A stretch of DNA of 63,735 nucleotides, counting the filler, from Octopus bimaculoides (lineage: Eukaryota), in NCBI RefSeq assembly GCF_001194135.2. It is 9 parts of 6 records of this genome, joined end to end, with 100 filler letters (N's around TTAATTAATTAA, not from the genome) between each part and the next. Parts side by side here need not be neighbours in the genome. Positions count along the whole stretch, not along the records: positions 22,081 to 27,960 come from NC_068992.1; positions 28,061 to 39,649 come from NC_068981.1; 7 more parts are not named here. One strand, 5' to 3'. How positions within the stretch are numbered: the first letter of the stretch is position 1; the number at the start of each line of letters is the position of its first letter. Below, piece by piece: positions 25,032-36,540 of the stretch. The notes under the pieces are model-generated. The model ran no database searches. It saw nothing but the letters and a program-made list of their open reading frames with translations, and was not told the origin of the DNA. Both the position numbers and the translations under genes were made by a program.

Positions 25032-25526
25032 CTAAACAATAAAAAGAATTAATACAGTTTCGAGTTTCTAAAGCAGGTTTATGACATACTTGTAATATTT
25101 AGTCCTCCGTAAATTTACATGCGTTTCGAAACGAAATATATTTACATTACAGAAAATGTTATGGGCGTCATAAAATCAAAATGTTGGACGTTGTAGCTCT
25201 AGCTATAGTCATAATCAGAAGTAAATACAGGAGCTGAGTAGTACTAAAGGGCGAATCTGAAGAAACATGCTCAAAATATATATTGAAGACTTTCTTCATA
25301 AAACACTTTTATCAGTTAACAATTTCTCAGTTCTATTTGTCGGCTAATCTGTACGAGACATATGGAAGGAATCCTTGGAATTTACTAATTTTATCGGGCA
25401 ATCGATCCTCCATCAGTATGATTGGCGCCACCGCTTCTATATACAACAGAGTGCAGTAGATTTTTTGGAATAAATCGACATTACGGAATGCAGTGTGAAC
25501 ATTTCCGACGAAATTTACAAACTCAC

Positions 25527-25638
25527 GATTGTCTTCTTTGAAATCCCTCTTTACATCAGCTTTACCATTGACAGCGTTCTTCACGAGAACATAAAAATTA
25601 AAAAGTAACAACAAATTTTGAATGCTTTCTAAGTACAT
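25527..25638 (-). CDS. Candidate first coding exon (MYLESIQNLLLLFNFYVLVKNAVNGKADVKRDFKEDN)
   Basis: ATG at 25638; hydrophobic core LLLLFNFYVLV; consensus donor C|GTGAGT at 25526. The ORF also reads through to TAG at 25333 (101 aa). Confidence 0.35.
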
Positions 25639-26131
25639 GCAAATAATAAAATCCCAGAAAAGACGATACGATCAGAAAAAAAAAAACACTGCAATGGTTA
25701 TTAAGACTTATATGAGAAACACGTATAATAATTAAGGAATGAATATTATGTCGAACCTACTCAGAAAGAAAATATATAAATATTGCAAAATGCAGATTTG
25801 AAATGTGATAATGGATATTATCTTTCTTGGATCAAAGTTGGGATCATTGCTTCAGTGATAGATGTTTGCAATGTCTCTTCAAGCAATACCACGATGTACA
25901 CATGAAAGGGTTCTGGATAATAGCCTGTAATAACTTCTACTGTACTATACGAAATCTGTAAGCTTATTTTTTGTGAAACCATTAAAATAATTGTAACTTC
26001 AAGGTTTTATACATCAGATTTGAAAATCATTTAGAATATATTTAATAATCAGTTAAAATAATACAAACAAAATGCATATCTCTTATATCAAGTGCCTTGA
26101 AAATATTGACAATCCTAACACATTGAAATAT

Positions 26132-26194
<63 letters not shown>

Positions 26195-26396
26195 ATGAAA
26201 GGGTGCGTGATGCGGTAAACATTACACATGCTTATGTGAGAATCTCCACGTGAAAATGTATGGACGTGCGTACACATGTGAGTGTGTGTATTTCTATGCG
26301 TTTGATTATAAGTGTATTTTGTCTCTTTATACATAAACATGCGTTCATGATGCAAAAGATCTCGCATGTATATTTCATATGAATATATAAATCTGC

Positions 26397-26725
26397 AAGT
26401 GAAGGTGCGTGGCTCAGTGGTTAGGGTAATCGGCTCACAGTCGCAAGGTCGTGAGTTTGATTAATAGCAGTGCGTTTTGTCCTTGGACGAGACACTTTAT
26501 TTCAAGTTACTTCAGTCTACCCAGCTGACAAAAATAAGTTGTAACGCTAATTCAAAGGGATAGATTTCTTATTCTTATATTCTGTGTAACGCTGAATCTC
26601 CCTGAGAACTATGTTAAGAGTACGCGTATCTGTGGAGTACTCAACCAACCACTTGCGCTTTAATTTCACGCAGAGGCTGTTCCGTAGATCACATCAATCG
26701 GAACCCTTATCGTCGTAACCGACAC
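26397..26725 (+). mobile_element. tRNA-derived SINE family C
   Basis: GTGCGTGGCTCAGTGGTTAGGG head; CTGAATCTCCCTGAGA.CTATGT.AAG..TACGCGTATCTGTGGAGT body shared with 35870-36120. Confidence 0.82.
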
Positions 26726-26937
26726 GGTACAAGCTGTATAAACCTGTTAATACATAGGGTGTAGGAAGAATCGAGGTGTAGGAAGAGAGTCACCTTCAAG
26801 AAAGCCGTCCTATATATAAAAAAAAAACAACTTTCAGGGACAAGAATGTTTTATGAGATGGAAGGTTGTGGATTTCGTCGTATCGAAGTACGATAAACTG
26901 AAAAAAGTTATTTTATATTTCACAGTAGTGGACCAGG

Positions 26938-27393
26938 GTTACCGGATATGCGAATAAGAATATAAGAGTTAAGGAACAGAACAGATAAGATCCGGGCTAC
27001 ATTTGTTTAATAGGAAACGGAACCTCGGAAGTGGTTGCATACCGCATGCTACTCTTTACGTCAAGTGTATCTTAATTGAATGAAAGTTCAATATTGTTTT
27101 GCCGACGACCCCAGGCGAAGAGGTAGGATCTCCCAAGACATATAAATAGAGGGAGTCTGGCCGTGGTAGAGTGTTGAGCAGCAGTCGAGTAACAGTTGTG
27201 TAGCGGTTGAGTAGAGAACATCCGAAGGTGCTAGATAGCAGTAGCTTGAGATATAACAAATATATATATATGGGTAAAAATACTCGTATAATGTGTAAGA
27301 ATACGTTAAGGGAAGCTTATAACAGATATCGCCAATTTGAGGTCAAATATCTAAAATCCAACGTCAATCGGGGACGGACGGCATCCCGGTAAC
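26938..27393 (+). mobile_element. Solo-LTR-like element with short terminal inverted repeats
   Basis: Ends GTTACCGGATATGC...GCATCCCGGTAAC; CAGG on both flanks (26934-37, 27394-97); internal TATAAATAG near 27141. Confidence 0.5.
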
Positions 27394-28230
27394 CAGGTGT
27401 TGATTGAAAGCAATGTGTTCGAAAGTAATTCAAGCTAAAGTACAGTTAAATAAAAGATGGCCAAACAGTTGCTAATGGTATTAAATCATTTATAAATTAG
27501 TTATACAGGAAGTAAGTATAAATATGATTAAGCAGGGCAGAATGATAAAAGAGGCAGAGGTCCATAACAATTCTTCGTACGTAAGAATATATACTGAAGC
27601 TCGGACTCTAATATCACAGGTAAAAGGGAGGATAATCGAAGTACATTTTTGTAGGAGTTCTTCATACATATCTGGAGAGTTGATATTCGAAAATCATGGA
27701 TAAGATAGAGGAGACTATTAGGAATCCGTTACAGCTGTTTCTGGGCTTAGGTGTGTAGAAACGGTGCTATGTATAAGAAGAAACAATTCAATTAGAATTT
27801 GCGCTACTATAGTTTTCATAGACGTAAAACTTATTTGACCTTTGGGCAATTTAAATGCTGAGTAAGGAACGACTCCGACGATCAAATGCTTTTGAGTCTG
27901 AAAGAACTTTTATGAAGGGAAATTTTACAAAAACCACTAAACTCTCCCTATATATATATANNNNNNNNNNNNNNNNNNNNNNNNNNNNNNNNNNNNNNNN
28001 NNNNTTAATTAATTAANNNNNNNNNNNNNNNNNNNNNNNNNNNNNNNNNNNNNNNNNNNNAGCAGTAACAATCGTCCCTTCCAGGACAGGCACATTATGT
28101 TGGCAAATAGCCTTTACTTTTTGTGAGTGTGTATGTGTGTGTTTGTTTGTTCCTATAGTGTTTGGTCACTTCAAACGAACTTTTGCAGGTATAGTGGGGG
28201 AGAATGTTAGTAGTAATTTAGCTGGCAGAC

Positions 28231-28288
28231 TTTGGCTGATGAGAAATCGGGCACCTATTTGGCGCTAAATTTCGAAACTGGTACCAGG
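28231..28288 (+). ncRNA. Minimal type I hammerhead ribozyme with intact core
   Basis: Stem I TTTGG (28231-35)/CCAGG (28284-88); CTGATGA (28236-42); stem II GAAAT (28243-47)/ATTTC (28269-73); GAAAC (28274-78); 2-nt loop TG; GTA cleavage triplet (28281-83). Confidence 0.82.
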
Positions 28289-28434
28289 TTGACCAGCATT
28301 TACTTGTTCTGACCCAGTAGAGGTAAGACATTATTATTGTTCACTGATATTTTTTCCTATCATGTCTGTCATAGATTTGTGACTATTCGGTGGCATAGAA
28401 GTATTTTCTGACTTCTATTTTTTAGCGATATAGA

Positions 28435-30380
28435 TGCAAAGGAGACGACATAGACGATGACTACAACTCACTGATAGGGACTCTGAAGGAGTGTTTAAGG
28501 AAGGCTAAGGGAGTGTGTCTGAGAGAGAAAAAGGGAAGAGTCTCGGAGGAAACTACGAAGTTACTCGAGAAGAGGAAAAATATGAAGAGGACTATTGAAG
28601 ATCACCTTGAATATTCCCTTCTCAGCAGAGTGATTCGTCAGCAATTGAAGAGAGACTTTGAGGCATACCGGATGGAGAAGCTCTTGAAGGCCGCAGAGGA
28701 AAAGAAGAGCCTCAAGAAATGCAAGAGGGACATGGCACTATATAGATCGGTGGTGACGGCCCTGAAGAATACAGACGGAGTACCGGTCAACGATAAGTTC
28801 GAGATGGAAAAAGTTTGCGAAGACTTCTACATCAAGCTCTTCAAGTCTACCAGAAATGTCCAGCCGTTACCACCACTCCAACAGGAAGAAAATGTGCCAC
28901 CTATCCTTGTCAGTGAGGTCGAAAGAGCCATCGGATTGATGAAAAACGGAAAGGCACCAAGGAAAGACGGTATAACATCGGAGGTGTTAAAGTCAGGCAA
29001 AGAGCAGCTCTGGAAAATCCTCGCCAAGTGATTCATGCATTATCTAGACGAGGGAAGAATTCCCTCGCAGTGGAAAGAGTCAAATACCATCCTGCTATAT
29101 AAGAAGGGCGATAGAGAAGACCTAAAGAACTACCGACCCATTTGCCTGCTGTCTCACGTGTACAAGCTGTTCACAAAGATAATTCTGAACAGGCTGTCAC
29201 GCTATCTCGACGAACAACAACCGATGGAGCAAGCCGGCTTCCGAAAGAACTACAGTACGATGGACCATATATTTACTCTAACACAACTGCTTGAGCGAGC
29301 GAATGAGTACAAGTTGCTTCTTTGCGTTACGTTTGTAAACTATGAGAAGGCCTTCGACAGCGTCGAAACCAACGCAATGCTGAACTCGCTACAGAGGCAA
29401 GGAGTCGAGGCGCAATATGTGCAACTGCTCAGGGAGGCAAATTCCGGATGCACCACCGACATAGCTCTGCTGTCATCACCCGTAAGAGTGCCGGTCGAGA
29501 AAGGAGTGAAGCAAGGTGATACGATCTCTCCAAAACTTTTCGCCGCATGTCTCGAGCAGATCATCAGAGGCATCGACTGGCAAGGCGGTATCAACATCAA
29601 TGGTGAGCTACTCACCCACCTCCGTTTCGCTGATGATATCGTAATCATCGCTGAAACCACGGATCAGCTTCAGACCATGCTGACGAAGCTCGACATCAAA
29701 AGCTCTGCGGCAGGTCTCAAGATGAACCACATGAAAACGAAGTTCATGCGGTCCGACAACGTACCAACAGGTCGAATGGTGGTCGGCAGTGATGAAATAG
29801 AGGAGGTAAAGGAATGTATCTACCTGGGACATGAGGTGAATATGCGCCGAGACATCGAAAAGGAGATCTCGCGGAGAATAAGGGCCGGATGGAAGGCGTT
29901 TAATGGCATAAGGGATGTGCTCAAGGGAAGGTTGGACAGGACCACTCGCGCCAACCTCATAAATAGCAGTTCTACCTACAATGTTATATGGTAGTGAAAC
30001 ATGGGCTACAACAAAGAGAGAAGAGCAGAGATTGGCAACGGCTCAAAAAGCCATGAAGAGGTCAATGCTTGGAATCTCGTTGAGAGAGCACATCAGTAGC
30101 GAGGACATCAGACAGAAGTCCGGCGTGAGGGATGTCCTCGTAGAATATACACGCAGCAAGTTTAGATGGGCTGGATACGTCGCCTGGCTCACTGATAATC
30201 GGTGGACCCGCGCAGTTGTCCAAACAACCACTCGGAAGGCCTCCACGACGGTGGGGTTACGATTCTAGGAGGGCGATTGGGACCACGTGGATGAGGAAGG
30301 CGCGATCCAGGGAGGAGTGGACAGCGCGCTGTGACCAGCGGTGTCAAATGGACGCCCGACGGACTGGTCGGTCAAGGTCA
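28435..30380 (+). mobile_element. 5'-truncated RTE-clade LINE (RT domain nearly intact)
   Basis: KNGKAP.KDGIT, WKES.TILLYKKGDREDLKNYRPICLL, EQAGFRK, YEKAFDSV, KGVKQGDTISPKLF, HLRFADDIV (FADD 29626-37), C-terminal GRPPRRW. One stop (29029-31), frameshift near 29980, small 3' deletion. Confidence 0.95.
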
Positions 30381-30404
30381 TATATGTATGTACGTATGTA
30401 TGTA

Positions 30405-31265
30405 TTATCATTATTCATTATATTTCAAGATTTTTTGCCAATAGTGAAAGAACCGGTTTCTAACCTAGATCCAAGGCTTCTTCATTGGAATTTCAACATC
30501 AACAAGGTTTTTTTTTTGTTTGTATGTATGTGTGTGTGTGTAAGTATGTATGTATGTATGTGCAGATTTGTATGTTTTATATATGTATTCTCATGCATAT
30601 AGTTGCATATCTCGACATGCTCATATATATTTAAATGATAAACTTTTGGAAAGTTTTACAAGTTTTTACAGTTCCAGTGATGGATTGGAACTGTAGTCTT
30701 CAAATTTGCTTTCTCTTTTCTGGTTTTGAGAAGCCTAATTTCTCAAGATTGGTATTTAGGCAGTGTGTTACATATCCCAGGTTCCCAATAACTGCAGGCA
30801 TAAATCTGAACTTGTAATCTGGATAGAGTAACTGCAGATTTTTCAATATGTGTTCTGTTTTTCATATGTGTTCAGCATATGTGTTCTGTTTTTCACTGAT
30901 CTTCTACTTCATGTTAACATCTGTTGGGCAGCTAATTTCCACAACTGCGCACACAGTTTCTCTCCTCTATCCCAAATCATTATATCAGTTCTGTTGTGCT
31001 TACATTTTATTAAGATCTTCACTGGTACATTCCACCAGTATTTCTTTTTATTATGAATGGCCATGGCTTCTACCATATTATGGGTTCTTATTTCTTTGTC
31101 CTCGGGATTATCCTTCTCACAGATTTTATCGTAGAGTGTTCTAGCTACGTCATGTCTCATCGGTAGATTAATACCGTGATGACATTTTCAGACAGTTGCT
31201 TATGATGCGGATGATGTTTTCAGTGTGAACTCCACAAAGTCTTAAGTGTGACTGTACGAAAACCA
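30405..31265 (-). mobile_element. R4/Dong-like RLE-encoding LINE 3' fragment
   Basis: Across frames: RLCGVHTENIIRIISNC (zinc-knuckle remnant), RHDVARTLY, WWNVPV..KCKHNRTDIMIWD, VEISCP, PAVIGNLGYV; then 3' UTR. Confidence 0.82.
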
Positions 31266-32799
31266 TCTAACAAAACATTTTCTAATGTCTACAGAAGCTT
31301 GTCAGACTGAAGTAAAATCGGCATATGCATTGAAGTAGCAGAGATTACAATAACAGTATCATTTAGAATGTGTGTTTTTAACACTTTATTAAAACTTTAT
31401 CATTAAACTTTTTAGTAGAATACATGTTAGATAATTGTACCAAGAAACGGGTGAGAGTGACTTTGTGGTGTTATACAGTTTTTGGTAGCATATTCCTTTG
31501 GTAAGTAGTATAATGTGAATTTTAACTAGGTGTGACGTAGGTTGACGCAGACCAAGTTGTGTAAAAATGCAAAGGGTGAAGAAAAGAAAGAAAGAGTATG
31601 TTTGCAGGATGTGGCTTGTGGGAAAATCATTGAAGCGTGTAATGGAAATTCGAAAGAATCACTCAGGCGTTGAAGTAAAGAAAATAAATGTCACTTTGGA
31701 TTTATCTCACAAAATAGTTTATATATATAAATATATATATANNNNNNNNNNNNNNNNNNNNNNNNNNNNNNNNNNNNNNNNNNNNNNNNNNNNNNNNNNN
31801 NNNNNNNNNNNNNNNNNNNNNNNNNNNNNNNNNNNNNNNNNNNNNNNNNNNNNNNNNNNNNNNNNNNNNNNNNNNNNNNNNNNNNNNNNNNNNNNNNNNN
31901 NNNNNNNNNNNNNNNNNNNNNNNNNNNNNNNNNNNNNNNNNNNNNNNNNNNNNNNNNNNNNNNNNNNNNNNNNNNNNNNNNNNNNNNNNNNNNNNNNNNN
32001 NNNNNNNNNNNNNNNNNNNNNNNNNNNNNNNNNNNNNNNNNNNNNNNNNNNNNNNNNNNNNNNNNNNNNNNNNNNNNNNNNNNNNNNNNNNNNNNNNNNN
32101 NNNNNNNNNNNNNNNNNNNNNNNNNNNNNNNNNNNNNNNNNNNNNNNNNNNNNNNNNNNNNNNNNNNNNNNNNNNNNNNNNNNNNNNNNNNNNNNNNNNN
32201 NNNNNNNNNNNNNNNNNNNNNNNNNNNNNNTGTGCGTGTGCGTGTCTATGAATTTGTTTTGCAAGATGTGAAATCGTGTTGAAGCAGATGTTATATTTCG
32301 GGGTGGTTATTTTTTTCCTTTTGCCAAATAAACACACGCACAATATATTCGTTCTTCACTCGTTTACTATTGTGCTTATTTTATCTTATGTCCATTGTCT
32401 GGAAATCTTTCGTCACATATTTGTGAGACCTCTTCCTTCCAAGTGTATCTTCCACGTGTATGTTCTGTTTAGTCCATTCTGTGTTTCTATGATGTGTATT
32501 CTTATCTGCGCATGCGTTTGCGTCTATATCTGTGTGGGGTGGGCGTGTTAGCGTGCGTGTGTGTTCGCGTGTCTATGAGTTTTGATTATATGTTTGTGTG
32601 TAGGCATATGGGTTTGCTTACTATATTGCATGTATCCGTGCCCTTTGTATAGTTTGTTAGTTATTTATCTCTATTTCTTGCATTTCATCATATAAGTCTG
32701 TGCATGTTTGTCTTTTGTCTATATTTTATACTGTTTGTATCTATATCTTTTTCTCTCGTCTGTCTTTAATCGTTGTGTTGTGTGGTGAGGTTATGGGGG

Positions 32800-34860
32800 G
32801 GGTGTTATTGTTCCATTTGTGTATTCTTTTGAGGCTCAGTCTGTCTATAACTATCTATGTGTGTGGCCTCCGTAATCTGTCTAAGCTATGTATCTGTTTT
32901 ATGCGTTGATAATACCTTAATCTCTGTTATTAACCGGGCCTCTATGTTCTACTTGAGCATGTTGGTAGAGCACTGACGAGCTTTTCTCCTCTTTGAGCTC
33001 CCACCAGTGTCGCCTATTCGCTCCCATATGCTACGTGCCATCTCTTCAATATAAGTTGTCTTGTTTCTGTACCGTCCCTCAGTACATCGTAAGTTATAGA
33101 CTACGTTTCTAATCTTACAGTTCACCTGTGGGTTCAGCCTATATACTATACAATTGCTCTCCGTACATGGGGTCGTATCGAAGGGATAAATTCTACAGAT
33201 CAGGAATTTTATGGTGGTTACTATCCTTTCTGTTAATTTAATCCGTAGATTTACCTTATCTAATGCTTTTCTAAAAACGTATGCTTGTTCGAACATGACA
33301 CTCTAGTATTTTTTTTTTGTCATACCATGAGTTGGCCTTATCTATCTTTTTCTTGGTCCTTTCCGTGTTGTTCCAAGACTTATTCCTGTATAGCGGACTG
33401 ATCTTATTTGCATCACTCTCTATGATTGCCTTGTACTTAGCCCAGGCTCCTTTCTACATTCTAATCCTGTCCCTTTGGTTGTAGACAGAGAATTGCATGC
33501 GGTGGATGAAGTGTCGTATGTGTCTTTCTAATTCCGTTGGGTCGCACATGAGGAACACATTCCTCATCACTCTCACCAAGTCCACTATTAGGATATTAAA
33601 CTTGGCGTTTTCCGCAATTGCTACGTTCTTGTGGACCAGCTATTTAGAGGTTATGGGTTTAGTATAGTGGGAATGAAGGATCTGGACCTTACTATTTTTA
33701 GTTTCCAGTCAGAATTCCGTATCTGTCAGAAACCGGTAGCTTAAATTTCGGGTGCTTTCTAGGATAGTCTGTTGTTACTTTAATACTCTAGTGGATGGAG
33801 TTAGCTATTTGCTGGATGCTCTCCATAGCGTCAGCTTCTAGTTCATCGATATTTTCTTGTGGGGGTGCTTTGGCCTCTATGTTGATATCATCCACATAGC
33901 GGGATTACATGGTTAGGGTTATGGAGCTCTCTGCTAATCTCTCTTTGAGCCTCCTATTCCACTATACCATAAATAGGTTAGACACATCGCCAGCGATACT
34001 GACACCAATGGCTTCACCTTCCTCTTGGACGTATATTTTGTTGTTAAACTTGAATATGTGACCCTTAAGTGTAACTCTGGCATTCCCTCCCTCTGCATGT
34101 GCGACCATTTTTTCTTAACCTGATCGTAGTTTTCGGGGGTCTGTATAGCTCTGATCCACTCGTTCCATATCACCCTAGGGGTCTTATTGGCCATTGAACC
34201 TATAGTAGAGGGTCTACTTCTTTCCAATCTAGAGGTGCAAAAACAACTAACGTGATGTTCTTCTAAGTAAATCCTTGTCACATGTAAGCTTCAGGAGGAG
34301 GCCTAGTTCTTCTATGTCAACACTACGAATCTCCACGTCGCTCTAGCTGATTATCTCCACACATTTCTCCACAAGATCAACATCAAGAAATGGGTATAAG
34401 GATGCTACATCTATGCTGCCTATTATGCATCCCGTCAGGTCCTAGACATGGTTGCATTCGTTGATTCCGCTGAGGAGGTCCTCTGTGCTGTCACACACAT
34501 CTGGGGACATTCTGATTAGAGGGCGTATGATCATAGAGAAAAAGTAGATCGGCAGTTATTGACATACAGCACTGGGATGTCATTATTTGTGGCCTGGAAG
34601 TTAATAGCCGTGCGCTTCTTTGCCCCTAGGATGTTTGACCACATCATTATGTGGGCATTGAGGATCTTTTCTCTCTCCTCATACTGTTGTACCGTTGTTT
34701 CCCTCATGTTGGTGATGTGGGGGGCTGCATCACCTGCATGTAGTTCGATAGACTTTTTATCGACATTCTGCCGGATTTTCTGTAGGGAAGCACACACTTC
34801 TCTATTTTTTGTGCACTGTATGAATTTGTGCAAGCCACTTGTGGTCACAAGTGGCCTGCA
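32800..34860 (-). mobile_element. Decayed Penelope-like element (RT followed by GIY-YIG endonuclease)
   Basis: IPVLY, STEDLL, IGSIDVASLYP (about 34391-34426), FKFNNKIYVQEEGEAIG, RYVDDI (about 33885-33905), then PFD..PC...NC, RNVVYNLRC...TYIEEMARS...R and KVLS.H...RQITEA. Confidence 0.88.
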
Positions 34861-35459
34861 CAAACTCATATACACACATACAAACATAAGTAATAGTGAC
34901 GAAAAAAGTGAAATGAAAAGGTGGAGTGCCAAAAATTATACCACTGTGAAATCTAAATATCAGATATCAAAACAAAAATAGAAAATGAACTGCCATAAGC
35001 AGGCTCACAGGATGGTGTAAGCAAGTTGTAGCACTCACGGTTCACTGCAATGCATCTCGCTGCACGATATAGTTTTACTTTTCCCAAGTACCAGAAGTCA
35101 ACTTTGATATCAACTGTTCGTCTGCCAGGCACTGTATGTGTTTTGCGTGCGTATGTGTGTATATGTGTATGTGTGTGCGTGTGTGTATGTGTGTGAATGT
35201 GTGTGAATGTGTGTATACATGTATATATGTTTATATATTTGCACAAACCCAACACATACACATGCATACTTATGCATGCACAAACTTATGTGCGTAAAGA
35301 CAGATGGATAGATGGACGTATTTATGTATAAATATGTGTGTGTATGCCTGTGTGTGTGTTTGTGTGTGTCAGTGTGTGTGTCTGTGTGTGTGTGTGTCTG
35401 TGTGTGTGTCTGTATCTGTGTGTTGTCTGTGTGTGTGCGTGTGCGCGCGCACGTACGTG

Positions 35460-36230
35460 TTCGTTATTAGTGACGAAAGCAAAATTACTTCAAGATAGCA
35501 TTCACTATATCTTAACGTCGATATACTGTAGAAAGCCACTCAACTGTCGTATTTGTCTTGCGAAAGCATTTCGTATAGACGTAAGTGCTAAAAAGCACAC
35601 AAGTATCTCAGTAACAGTTGAAAATCGTCCAGCATCAACGGTGGAATAACTATCTAGACTTCTGAGTATTTACGCACCATCACGAGCAAGTATCCACTAC
35701 AAATTGCAAGTTTAGATAAATTTAGTCTCTACATATATAGAAAAACAGTGTTAATACATCCCTGATATCGCAAATAGCCGGCAGGCTGGGTATAAAATTC
35801 GTTATTAGTGACGGAAGCAATATTCGTTCAAAATATCATTCTTTGTATCTTATTTAATATGGGTAAAAGTTTAGTGGTCAGGGTATTCGACTCACGGTTG
35901 TAAGGTCGTGAGTTCGATTCCCTGCATTGCTCTAGTCCACTCAGCTGGCAAGAATGAGTTGTACTTGTAATCCTTACCGCATTCTGTGTCACGCTGAATC
36001 TCCCTGAGAGCTATGTCAAGGATACGCGTATCTGTGGAGTGCTCAGCCACTTACACGTTAATTGCAGGAGTAGACTGTTCCGTTGATCAGATCAACTGGA
36101 ACCCTCGTCGTCGTAATTTAATGTGGATGTACGGTATAAAGCTACAAAACTGCAGAATGCGTCTCGAGAAAGCATCACGTATAGACGTATAATGCAAAAA
36201 AAGCACAAGATAATATCAGCAGCAGATTTT
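35460..36230 (+). repeat. Diverged local tandem duplication, second copy interrupted by a family C SINE
   Basis: TTCGTTATTAGTGACG(A/G)AAGCAA at about 35460 and 35798; GAAAGCAT..CGTATAGACGTA...AAAAAGCAC at about 35562 and 36167. Confidence 0.7.
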
Positions 36231-36540
36231 CGTTTGCGCGTGGAGGTGCGTGGCTTAGTGGTTGGAGTGTTGGACACACGATTGTAAGATTGTGGTTTCG
36301 ATTCCTGGACCAGATGATGCGTTGTGTTCTTGAGCGAAACACTTCACTTCACGTTGCTCCAGTCCACTCAGCTATAGAAATGACTACCACTAGTGGAAGC
36401 GCGTCGCATAGTGGTTAGGGTGTTGGATTCACGACCGTAAGGTTGTTGTTTTGATCTCTGCACCGGGCGATCCGTTATGTTCTTGAGCAAAACACTTCAT
36501 TTCGCGTTGCTCCAGTCCACTCAGCTGTAAAAATGAGTTT
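35870..36540 (+). mobile_element. Cluster of three family C SINEs/heads (about 35870, 36241, 36395)
   Basis: Three A-box/B-box heads, each followed by TTGCTC(C/T)AGTCCACTCAGCT. Confidence 0.8.

Noticed and set aside
25333-25526. Faint resemblance of the read-through ORF (HTAF...LFQKIY...IE...GFLPY) to FkbM-type methyltransferase C-termini
   Set aside because: No KIDIEG or GANIG motif and spacing is wrong; too loose without a profile search.
32400-32445. Hammerhead-like remnant downstream of the PLE endonuclease (minus strand, TCACA/TGTGA then GAAA)
   Set aside because: CU of the core is missing and stems I and III cannot be formed.
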